A stretch of 64,000 bases of DNA from Chiloscyllium plagiosum. Its lineage: Eukaryota. The notes under the pieces are model-generated. The model worked only from the letters and a program-made list of their open reading frames with translations. It ran no database searches and was not told the DNA's origin. Below are positions 1 to 11,720 of this stretch, piece by piece. The position numbers and the translations under genes were made by a program. The stretch is from contig NC_057758.1 of NCBI RefSeq assembly GCF_004010195.1, forward strand, positions 6,882,311 to 6,946,310, written 5' to 3'. Position 1 is the first letter of the stretch, and every line of letters starts with the position of its first letter.

Positions 1-840
1 GTGAAATGTGAGTGCATGTGCATGAACTGCAATGAAGGCATATCAATAAGGCTTGCTTCGTTTGAGACTTTGCAAGAGCTTAGAAGCATTATAGAATACA
101 AGAGCGTGAAAACATTTCGAAAAATACGGCTTGCGATGCGTTCTAAATTCTGACATTTGTTTAGGTTGATTGCATAAAAAATGTCAGTCAAATTGAAATT
201 CAGAGGAATACTGGCCTCGTTTGAGTTGCTGCATTAATTATGCGAAGAGAACGTTCAAAACAATGATTGAATTTACAACCATGGCAATACCGCTTGCAAG
301 TGATGCCCAGGTTTTACGTTCATGTTCGAAACGTTGGTCAATACTGGTGCAATTTCCTTTTCATTTGTTTTATACATTTCAGGAAGTGTTGTTGCTCCTA
401 CACTTTATTTGAAACGAAAATAAATCCAGAAAGTGAAGTCCGCGATTAGACAATTGAATGTGATAAAGTAAATAAACATTTGAGTGTACACAGCGCAGCA
501 TTCATAGAGACACCCGGACACATATATGTACTGAGTTCTCTCAGGAATGTTTTTCACAAGTTTTGCTGTCGCACGAAAAGAACGAAAGTTCACATCTGTA
601 CTTAGAGACAATCATTGTCAACTCGAACTAAAATTCTTAATGACTTAGCAAATGTATCTTTGATGTTTCCTGAATCTAATTCTTGCATCCCAGTTTTTGC
701 AATTTGACTACTGCGTCCCCTGTCGCTTCACGTAGCTATTGCACTTTCTCTGAAACCTGATTTTCATTTGTAACCAGATATTGTTGCGAGAAGAATTGGA
801 AAATAGAACTGGTTACAAAGGTTAGTTGGCTCGTTATTCA

Positions 841-3800
841 GGAGACAGCTAGACATAAGAGTTTACAAATCCTCCTTCCATTTTGCCAGAGTGGCGAGGA
901 GAGAAGGAGTAGTGAAGCGAGGGCTGCCGAGAAGGGTGAGTTTTCCCGCTTTAAAACGGACTTACCTCGGGAGTCGGGTCTCCATTTTGCCAGACTGGTG
1001 AGGATAGAAGGAGTGGTGAAGCGAGGGCTGCAGGGAAGAATGGGTTTTCCGCATATAAAGCGATTTACCACGGGTGTCTGGCCTCCATTTTGCCAGAGTG
1101 GCGAGGAGAGAAGTAGTGGTGAAGTAAGGACTGCCAGGAAGGGTAAGTTTTCCAGCATTGAAACGGACTTACCTCGTGAGTCGGGCCTCCATTTGCTGAG
1201 AGGTACGAGGGAGGAGAGAAGGACATCTGGGAAGTCGTAACTTTGTGTGGTTGCATTACCCGAAGTATTATTCGGGTAGTGTCCCCCAGTCATCCTCCTT
1301 CTCTAAACCAAAATAAAAGGTTCTGTGCACCAGATTGGTACGGTAACGAGTTTATTTTTATTCCTTATTTTTCAACAGTCTCTTTGGGAATTCGGAATAC
1401 TGGGAATGGAGGTGCGGACAGTTGAATGTTCCTCCTGCAGAATGTGGGAGGTAAGGGTCACCATGAGTGTCCCTGCTGACGACATCTACGGGAAGTGCAC
1501 CCAAATCCAGGTCGTCGAAAATCGTGTTACGGAACTGGAGCGAGAGCTGGATCAACTTTGGATTATTCGGGAGGCAGAGGGGTTTATTGAGAGGAGTTAG
1601 AGGGAGGTAGTCACTCCTCAGTTACAAGAAAAAGGCAGATGGGTTACAGTCAGGGGATGGAAAGACAACCGGCAGGCAGTGGAGGGATTCCCCTCAACAG
1701 TAAGTTACCGTTTTGGAAACTATTGGGATGGACGACGTACCACGGGAAAGCAGTGGGGCACAGGGCTCTGGCACAGCGTCTGTCCCCGCTACTCAGAAGG
1801 GAAGGGGGAAGAGGAGCAGAGCAGTACTCATTGGGGACTCCATAGTTAGGGAGACAGCCAGGAGGTTCTGTGGGGAAGAGAGAGTCTCAAGGTTGGTGTG
1901 TTGCCTCCCAGGTGGCAGGGTTTCTGATGTCTCTGATCGTGTTTTGCGGTTCCTTCAGGGGAAGGTGGAGCAGCCAACTGTCGTAGTCCACATAGGCACG
2001 TCGCTCCAGGGATCGTGCAGGAGGGATGGTTTTGTATTTTTGGATAATTGGGGCTCTTTCTGGCGTAGGTGGGACCTCTACAAGCAGGATGGTCTTCATC
2101 CGAAACGGAGGGGTAACAATGTGCTGGGAAGGGGGCGATTTGCTAAGGCTATTCTGGTAGGTTTAAATTAATCCAGCAGGTGGAGGGGAACCAAAATTGT
2201 AGTTCGAGTAAAGAACAGGTTGAGAGTACGGAGGTCCGAAATCAAGTTTCAAGGACGCACGATGGCACCAGAAAGCAAGAAGTTGGTTTGAAGTGCATCT
2301 GCTTCAACGCCAGGAGCATCCGGAATAAGGTGGGTGACCTTGCAGCATGGGTTAGTACCTGGATCTTCAAAGTTGTGGCCATTTCAGAATCATGGATAGA
2401 GCAGGGACAGGCACGGTTGTTGCAGGTTCCAGAATTTATATGTTTCATTAAGCATAGTGAAGATGATAAAAGAGGGGGAGGTGTGGCATTTTTGGTCAAG
2501 GACTGTATTACAGTTGCAGAAAGGATGATTGTGGACTCGTCAATTCACGCAGTATAGGCTGAGGTTAGAAACGAAAAGAGAGGTCACCCTGTTGGGAGTT
2601 TTCTATAGGCCTCTGAATCGTTCCGGAGATGTAGAGGAAAGGACAGAAAAGATGATTCTCGATAGGAGTGAGAGAGATGGGGTTGTCATGAGGAATTTCA
2701 ACTTTCCAAATATTGACTGAAAACACTATAGTCAAGTACTATCGACGGGTCAGTTTTTGTCCATTGTGTGCACGAGGGCTTCCTGACACAGTATGTAGAC
2801 AGGCCAACAAGGGACGTAGCCACATTAGATTTCATATTAGGTAATGTGCCCGGCCAGGTCTTAGACTTGGAAGTAGGTGAGCACTTTTGAGATAGCAATC
2901 ACAATTCTGTTATGTTTACTTCAGTGATAGAAAGTGATATGTGTATACCACTGGGCAAGAGTTATAGCTGGGGGGAAACCAATTACGATGCGATTAGACA
3001 AGATTTAGGAATCATAGGATAGAGAAGGAAACTGTAGGGGGTGGGTACATTAGAAATGTGTAGGTTATTCAAGGAAAAGCTCTGAGTGTCCTAGATAAGT
3101 ATGTACCTGTCAGACAGGGATGAAGTTTTAGGGCGCGGGAGCCGTGGTTTATGAAGAAAGCGGAATTTCTGGTCAAGAAGAAGAAGAAGCCTTATGTTAA
3201 GATGAGATGTGAAGGTCAGTTAGGGCGTTTGAGGGTTACAACGTAGCCAGGAAAGACCTGAAGAGAGAGTTCAGAAGAGCCAGGAGGAGAAATGAGAAGT
3301 TGTTGGCGGATAGGATCAGGGTGAACCTTAAGGCTTTTTATAGGTATTTAAGGAATAAAAGAATGACGAGAGTAAGATTAGGGCCAATCAAGTATAATAG
3401 TGGGAAGTTGTGTGTGGAGTCAGAGGAGATAAGGGAAGCACTAAGTGAATACCTTTCGACAGTTTTCACACCAGAAAGCGACAATGTTGTTGAGGAGAAT
3501 GCGGTGATACAGGCTAATAGACTGGGTGGGACTGTGGTTCACAAGGAAGAGATATTAGAAATCCTGCACAATTTAAAAATAGATAAGTCCCCAATGGTGG
3601 AGGGGATTTATCCTAGGATACTCTGGGAAGCCAGGGTGGAGATTGCCGAGGCTTTGGTATTGATATTTAAATCGTTATTGTCGACAAGAACAGTGCCAGA
3701 CGACTGGAGGTTAGCAATTGTGGTTCCCCTGACCAAGAAGGGTAGTCGAGTTAATCCTGGTAATTATAGACCAGTAAGCCTTACTTCAGTTGTTGGTAAA

Positions 3801-4368
3801 ATGTTGAAACTGTTATAAGAGATAGGATTTATAATCATCAAGAAAATAATAATTTGATTCTGTATAGTCAGCACAGTTTTGTGAAGGATAGGTCGTGCCT
3901 CACAAACCTCATTGAGTTCTTTGAGAAGATGACCAAACAGGTTCATGAGAATAAACCGGTTGATGTGGTGTATAAGGATTTCAGCAAGGCGTTCGATAAA
4001 ATTCACCACAGTAGGCTATTGTACAAAATGCGGAGGAATGGGATTGTGGGAGATATAGCAGTTTGGATCAGTAATTGGATTGCTGAAAGTTGACAGAGGG
4101 TGATTATTGATGGGAAATGCTCATCCTGGAGTCCAGTTACTAGTGGTGTACCGCAAGGATCGGTATTGGGTCCACTTCTGTTCTTATTTTTTACGAACGA
4201 CCTGCATGAGGGCGACCTGCAGAAGGGTGGGTTCGTAAATTTGCAGACGACACTCAGGTCGGTGGAGTTGTGGATAGTGAAGAAGGATGTTGTAGGTTAC
4301 AGACAGACATAGATAAGCTGCAGAGCTGGGCTGAGAGGTAGTAAATGGAGTTTAATGCGGACAAATGA
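841..4368 (+). mobile_element. CR1-clade LINE, retains 5' UTR/ORF1/most of ORF2, 3' end missing, decayed
   Basis: ORF1 (ATG 1406) has CSSC...GKC zinc-finger remnant, coiled coil and SGNH esterase motifs (VLIGDSIVR, VVVHIGT, DGLHP). ORF2 has APE endonuclease (CFNARSIRNK, GGGVAFLVK, VFYRP) and RT ([32 protein letters not shown]). Many stops/frameshifts. Confidence 0.92.
878..1200 (+). repeat. ~104-bp tandem monomers in the LINE 5' UTR (3 units plus start of a 4th)
   Basis: CCATTT(T)GC recurs at 878, 982, 1085 and 1189, with similar sequence after each. Confidence 0.9.
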
Positions 4369-6609
4369 TGGAGTAGATAGTGCATATTTACATGGGAATT
4401 CCATCAGTCAATTTAAAAAAGCAAATATTCATGGAAGCCTGGAGAGGGAGTAATTGAAGAGGAAGGATGCGGTTCATAAATCTCTTGCGGAACAGTGGCT
4501 CATCGCGAGAGGTGGACTCCTTCATTCACCACTTCAAATCTATTTTAATTTTATCCCGATAGCCCACTTAGAATTTCACGTAGGCATTTCCCCTCCTGGG
4601 CTCTGCTGGACAACGGCTCCTGGGAGAGATGGCGATATCACAATAATGTGGGAATGTTTCAAAAAATGCAACGCGAAGATTAGAAACGGCTCATTTCAGA
4701 AGACAGTCTCCGAGCGGGCTCGCTATAGCGAGTGGAATGTAGAACAAAAAAAAAATGAAAGGCCGACAATGAGGGAACAAACACCTTGCTCAGAAATGGT
4801 TCAGAGTCCTCGGGAAAAGACATGGATTTTGAATTTATTAATTTTTTTTAGGTAAAGTAAGATAAATGTTTCAGAAAATGTGGAGTTCAGGGAGTTGAAC
4901 ATGAAGTAAATTCAAATTCCACTTCCGGTCAATTAAATCATTGCTGATCTAATTGTCACTTCACACCCAACCCTCCATCCTTCTCTAAAACTGTTCACGC
5001 CTTTGCTTGTGCACAGGTGGCAATGTGGAATAAAAACTTCTTTTTTCCAATGACACGCTCGCTCACATTCGACAAAATTATATTTTGATATCGTTACACT
5101 GTGTACTAGAGCGTAACTACATGAGTTAAATCCAATGGCAGTTGTCCGGCTGACACACCAGTTCCAAAATGTAATAACATCATGGATAATCTGGTTGTGT
5201 TGTCAACTGCAATTTCCTGCCTGCGCCAATAATCTTTGACTGTGCACTTAAAGGTCTGCACTCTCTTTTCTTGAAATGAAACAACTTTCAGAGCGATACA
5301 GCTTTGCTATGTTTGTGCTACAGTTATATTAAGCGCCTTGTCATTTTTATAACTTGGCCACTATGTCAATTTTGCATGGCCATGTCATATTTATTGCTGC
5401 GAAATGACTGCTGTTCTAGTTACTGTTGAACTCGCTTTTCAGAGTTTATTTGCGACGTGAAGTTACGTATTGAAGTGAAGGTGCAAAGTGAAAGTTGTAT
5501 AATGTTGGCACACATGATTCCTTCTCAGATACAAGTTACCTCGGCACAAAAGGGTTAAGGTACAAAGTACGAAGAGAAACAGGAGTTACAAAGATAAGTG
5601 TTCCTTCATAGAATATTAGAAAATTAAAGAATTTGGCAACAGTTTACACTGACGTTTCTCACAGATTAAATTAGGTATTAAAGGAATATGTTAACCATTC
5701 AACTGATGATTCCTCCGCCAATCTCGCTCTGCTATCTGCTTTTGATGCCACCACCACACACAGAATCGGTGCTGTTGAAATTGCAGCCTCACATATAACT
5801 CCCCGTGCCTCAGAGTACATACTTCGGCACGATACACTCCTACGCCGAGCCAAAGTACCGCCACCGAAACTTCGAGAGAGCAACTGACATCCTGCTGAGA
5901 GATCGGGCTCACAGCTGCCGAGATATCAGTTCGGGACACGTCACGATCCAGGAGAGACCATACTGAGAGCCACCGAGACACCAGGATGGGATCTGTCTGG
6001 AGACGCATGGAGGCTAAGCTGAGAGCAGCGGGAAAACAAAATGATAAAAAAGCCGAATAAACTTGGAGAAAATGAGAAGGAAACATGGAGAGTGGAGGAA
6101 CTCCCGTCGGCGTGTCCAATTCCGTCGCTTTTATACTAGGAATTACCTTTTCCATACCAGATGAGACTCCTGCTTGTGCCACATAGTGCAGTGAGGAGAA
6201 GTAATCCCCACTTTGTTGGAGGGACGATCGTTAATAACAGCGAAATATTTTTGGTCTCATGACGATATCCTTCTGGTAATGTCATTTAAACGCGTAGAAA
6301 AGCTCACCTCGCCTCGTAATCTGTTAAAGTGTGTGTGGCAAAGAACTCCCAAATTCCACTGTTTGAAAAGCATCAAGTTCTTTTTAGCTCTAAAAATGAA
6401 CAATAAACAATAACCATTCACAACGCTGAGCTAAGCGATTTTCTTCATGCCTCTTCAAAAAAAGTACAATTATTAGACAATATTCAGAACTATGTATGCG
6501 AAATGATTCCATAGAAGTAAGCTGTAGACAAGTAAAAGATAAGGCCCACCAGGCAAGAAAGTCGCTAACAAACGCAAGTCACACTTTTTCACAGCATGTG
6601 TCTTGTTTA

Positions 6610-7058
6610 TTTACAAGTTACAGCAGCTCTTTTCTTAGCTGCTTTCTGAAAATCTAGGTACCACTAAGTTTTTAATAGAACAATAACCATTCCCTCCTTG
6701 CCCAAGTGTATAGGATTATGCACATAATCAATAAAAATAGGCAACAGCAAAGAAGGAACACCAACTTGTTCAGTGCGGGTCACTCAAATGTTGCTTTGAT
6801 TATCGAGGGATTACCCTATTTGAGGCCAGAGTTTATGCTCTTCAGCCAGGGGCATCTCAGTAATTCTGTACCTTGCCCAGGTCTGTCATACCTGTCCGCA
6901 TATTGTCTCTACCCGGGGTTTGCTGGCGACCCAATGGGACCAAAAGTTTGGGATGTAAGTCTGCCTGCTTGGCAGCAACATCTGACTGCTCGTTCCTTCG
7001 GAGACTGTACCAATTGCCTGAGCGACAGCCGAACATCTTGATAACTGCCAGATTGATT
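6610..7058 (-). pseudogene. ERV pol remnant (RNase H C-terminus and integrase N-terminus), copy A
   Basis: Minus strand reads PINLAVIK...RNEQSDVAAKQA, then DYVHNPIHLGKEGM...WYLDFQKAA. Confidence 0.75.
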
Positions 7059-10000
7059 GGGTAAGTCGGCTTCCAAGAGATCAATTGTGTTAGGGGATTC
7101 TATAGTCAGAGGTACAGACAGACGTTTCTATGGCCAGCAGAGCAAAAGCAAAATGGTGTGTTGTTTTCCTGTTGCCAGGATCAAGGATGTCTCAGAGAGG
7201 GTGCTGAATGTTCTCACGGGGGAGAGGAGCCAGCAGGAGGTCATTGTCCACATTCTAATCAACGACATTGGAAGGGAAAAGGTTGAGACTCTGAAGGTGG
7301 ATTACAGAGAGTTAGGTAGAAATTTAAAAAGGAGGTCTTCAAGGATAGTAATATCTGGATTACTCCCAGTGCTACGAGCGAGTGAGGCCAGGAATACGAG
7401 GATAGAGCAGATGAATGCATGGCTGAGGAGCTGGTATGTGGGAGAAGGATTCACATCTTTGGATCATTGGAATCTCTTTTGGGGTAGAAGTGACATGTAC
7501 AAAAAGGACGGATGCACCTAAATTGGAAGGGGACTAATATACTGGCAGGGAAATTTGCGAGTATTGCTTGGGTGGATTTAAACTAGTAAGGTGGGGGGAG
7601 GGTGGGACCCAGGGAGATAGTGAGGAAAGAGATCGACCTGAGACTGGTACAGCTGAGAGCAGACGTGAGTCAAATAGTCAAGGCAGACAGGGACAAGGAA
7701 GGACTAATAAATTAAACTGCATTTATTTCAATGCAAGGGACCTAACAGAGAAGGCAGATGAACTCAGGGCATGGTTAGCAACATGGGACTGAGATATCTT
7801 AGCAATTGCAGAAACATGCTCATGGATGGGCAGAGCTGGCAGCTGAATGTTCCAGGATACAAATGCTACAGGAAGGATAGAAAGGGAGGCAAAAGTGAAG
7901 GGGGAGTGGCATTTTTGATACGGATAACACTACAGCTGTGCTAAGGGAGGATATTCCTGGAAATACATGGAGGGAAGTTATTTGAGTGGAACTGAGAAAT
8001 AAGAAATGGATGATCACCTTATTGAGTTTGTATTATAGTCACCCCAATAGTCAGAGGGAAATTGAGAAACAAACTTCTAAGGAGATCTCAGCTTTCTATC
8101 TGTAAGAATAATATGGTGGTTATAGTAGGCGATTTTAGCTTTCCAAACATCGACTGGGACTGCCATAGTGCTAAAGATTTAGATGGAGAGGAATTTCTTA
8201 AGTGTGTACAAGACAATTTTCTGCTTCAGTATGTGGATGTACCTACTGGAGAAAGTGCAAAACCTGACTCTTGGAAAATAAGGCAGGGCAGGTGACTGAG
8301 GTGTCAGTGGGGGAGCACTTTGGGGCCAGCGACCATAATTCTATTCGTTTTAAAATAGTGATGGAAAAGGGTAGACCAGATCTAAAAGTTGAAGTTAGAA
8401 ATTGGAGAAAGGCCAATTTTGACTGTATTAGGCAAGAACGTTCAAAAGCTGATTGGAGGCAGTTGTTCGCAGGTAAAGGGACGGCTGGAAAATGAGAAGC
8501 CTTCAGAAATGAGACAGCAAGAATCCTCAGAAAGTATATTCCTGTCAGGGTGAAAGGGATAGCTAGTGGCTATAGGGAATGCTGGATGACTAAAGAAATT
8601 GAGGTTTTGGTTAAGAAAAAGAAGGAAGCATATGTCAGGTACAGACAGGATAGATCGAGTGAATTCTTAGAAGAGTATAAAGAAAGTAGAAGTATATTTA
8701 AGAGGGAAATCAGGAGGGCAAAACGGGGACATGAGATAGCTTTGGCAAATAGAATAAAGGAGACTCCATAGGGGTTTTACAAATATATGAAGGACAAAAG
8801 GGTAACTAGGGAGAGAACAGGGCCCCTCAAAGATCAGAAAGTCGGCTTTTGTGTGGAGCCAAGGAAAATGGAGGAGATTTTGCATCAGTATTTCCTGTGG
8901 AAAGGGATATGGAAAATATAGACTGCAGGGAAATAGATGGTGACATCTTGCAAAATGTCGAGATGACAGAGGAGGAAGTGGTGGATGTCTTGAAACGGTT
9001 AAAGGTGTATAATTCCCCAGGACCTGATCAGGTGTCCCCGAGGACTCTGTGAGAAGCCAGAGAAGTGATTGCTGGGCCTCTTGTTGAGATATTTGTATCA
9101 TCGATGAAGTGCCGGAAATCTGGAGGTGGCAAACGTGGTGCCACTGTTTAAGAAGGGTGGTAAGGACAATCCAGGGAACTATAAACCAGTGAGACTGACC
9201 TCGGTGGTGGGTAGGTTGTTGGAGGGAATCTTGACGGACAGGATGCACATGTATTTGGAAAGGCAAGGACTGATTCGGGATAGTCAACATGGCTTTGTGC
9301 GTGGGAAATCATGTCTAACAAACGATTGAGTTTTTTTTTAATGAAGTAACAAAGAAGATTGATGAGGGCAGAGCAGTAGATGTGATCTATATGGACTTCC
9401 GTGAGTCGTTCGACAAGTTTCCCCATGGGAGACTGATTAGCAAGGTTAGATCTCATGGAATACAGGCAGAACTAGCCATTTGTATACAGAACTGGCTCAA
9501 AGGTGGAAGACAGAGGGTCGTGATGGAGGGATGTTTTTCAGACTGGAGGCCTGTGTCCAGTGGAGTGCCACAAGGATCTGTGCTGAACCTTCTACTTGTT
9601 GTCATTTCCATAAATGATTTGGATGCGAGCATAAGAGATACGGTTAGTAAGTTTGCAGATGACACCAAAATTGTAGATGTAGTGGACAGCGAAGTGGGTT
9701 ACCTCAGATTACAACATGATCTGGACCAGATGGGAAATGGGCTGAGAAGTGGCAGATGGAGTTTAATTAAGATAAAAGTGAGGTGCTACATTTTGGGAAA
9801 GCAAATCTTAGCATGACTTATACACTTAATGGTAATGTCCTAGGGAGTGTTGCTGAACAAACGGACCTTGGAGTGCAGGTTCATAGCTCTTTGAAAGTGG
9901 AGTCGAAGGTAGATAGGATAGTGAAGAAGGCGTTTGGTATCCTTTCCTTTATTGGTCAGAGTATTGAGGTGAGGAATTGGGAGGTCATGTTGCGGCTGTA

Positions 10001-10570
10001 CAGGATATTGGTTCAGCCACTGTTGGAATATTGTGTGCAATTCTGGTGTCCATCCCATCGGAAAGATGTTGAGAAACTTGAAAGGGTTTAGACAAGATTT
10101 ACAAGGATGTAGCCAGGATTTGAGGATTTGAGCTACAGGGAGAGGCTGAACAGGCTGGGGCTGTTTTGCCTGGAGTGTCGGAGGCTGAGCAGTGACCTTC
10201 TAGAGGTTTACAAAATTATGAGGGGCATGGATAGGATAAATAGGCAAAGTCTTTTCCCTGGGGTTGGGGAGTCCAGAACTGGAGGGCATAGGTTTAGGGT
10301 GAGAGGGAAAGATATAAAAGAGACCAAAGGGGCAACGTTTTCACGCAGAAGGTGGTACGTGTATGGAATGAGCTGCCAGAGGATGTGGTGGAGGCTGGTA
10401 CAATTGCAACATTTAAGAGCCATTTGGATGGCTATATGAATAGGAAGGTTTTGGAGGGATATGGGCCGGGTGCTGGCAGGTGGGCCGAGATTGGGTTGGG
10501 ATATCTGATCGGCATGGACGGGTTGGACCGAAGGGTCTGTTTCCAGGCTGTACAACTCTATTACTCTATT
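7059..10570 (+). mobile_element. CR1 LINE, 5'-truncated within ORF1, with 3' tail; decayed
   Basis: IVLGDSIVRG esterase, LNCIYFNAR endonuclease, SGVPQGSVL and SKFADDTK RT, YCVQFW; ends in CTCTATTACTCTATTAC tail. Confidence 0.93.
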
Positions 10571-10571
10571 A

Positions 10572-11720
10572 CCCCTGTGTTAGATCCAAGTTTGCAAGAA
10601 GGACGCATCACTCCCCAATGGCCACAGTTAAAGCAAGGGCCAGCCATTTGTACTTCGGGATTTCGTGGTCATCTTCCTCGTCCAAAAGGTGTAGTACAAG
10701 GGCCTGTCTGTCCCCACATCCAGGTTCCAATCAGGAAAGGGTTTCTCAGCAGTGGTCGCTGGTTGGGCATTTCAGGTAGATATCCTGTCCCAAACAACAA
10801 TGTCAGGATTGGCACTTGGCATTTGGGATCGCAAGGCTGCTGGATGGAATCAATTTTCCCTGTAACTTACATCGTGCTTCACTCTGGTTCTGGCCATTAC
10901 AATGGAAATCTACTGCTCACCTCATTTGTTATTAGGAAATCCGGGACTATCTCATATTGTTTGGTTCATGTTGGCGACACCAGAAGGAATACATTGCAAA
11001 AGTGTAGTGTTAAACAAAGGTGATGCATTCTCGGTTGTTTTTCAAATGTGGGCTGTATTCCAATTCCTTCAGACAAAAGGCTGCTTATTTCAGTCTCATA
11101 GCAAAAGCCATTCGTGATCAGGCTACTCCCATAATTTGGCTGTCTTTACCTCTGTATCAACCTTCGGACGTATTGAGAAAATTAGGCTGGTGTGTTCTTG
11201 CAGTCAGGGTCATGCTTCATTAACATTACTCTGATTCCCGGGATGGCCCGTGGTTTAGGATGGCTCAGGCCAATCATCCCCTTGATATCGGCTATGAAGA
11301 CTCGACGCTTCATTTTCAAAAGAAGGAAAGGTTTGTAATGAGGAATGCGTTGAGGGCAATCAGGAGATATTCGGGGCTTAGTGGGTATCTTGGTATAAAA
11401 TTCCCATGCCTCATCCCCATTAGTGTCATCCCCATTCTCCAGTAGGGTCTGTATGCCAGACGTAGGCTTGGGGTTCCAAGTAAACAGTAAGTTCTTTATT
11501 TTGCAGCGTTGTTGCTAGAGCTCTTTTTGAATATTCCTCTGCCTTAGTGACCTTACACTGTTTCTCTTGATTCCTTTGTTTTCCATCTACCCATCCAAAT
11601 GTTCAGCGATGAACATCTCTCAGCTTTTGAGATTTCCATTTGCTCTACATACCTCCATGCCTCAATCACATGCGGAATTCCTTCAACTGGCCATGAAGGT
11701 AACTTTCCAATCTTAAATTA
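10572..11720 (-). pseudogene. ERV gag-like remnant, copy A
   Basis: Minus strand: WPVEG matrix-like motif near 11690; degenerate zinc knuckle CFNCGHWGVMRPSC near 10590-10635; position fits gag upstream of RNase H. Confidence 0.5.

Noticed and set aside
878..1200. Regular repeats as a CRISPR or other prokaryotic array
   Set aside because: Whole units are homologous with no unique spacers, and the context is eukaryotic
5671..6182. 163-aa minus-strand ORF with a TM-like stretch (VYSAFLSFCFP)
   Set aside because: No other GPCR or recognisable motifs and no supported exon structure
10352..11023. 223-aa plus-strand ORF
   Set aside because: Chimera of CR1 3' end and the antisense of the gag-like region; frame not preserved in copy B
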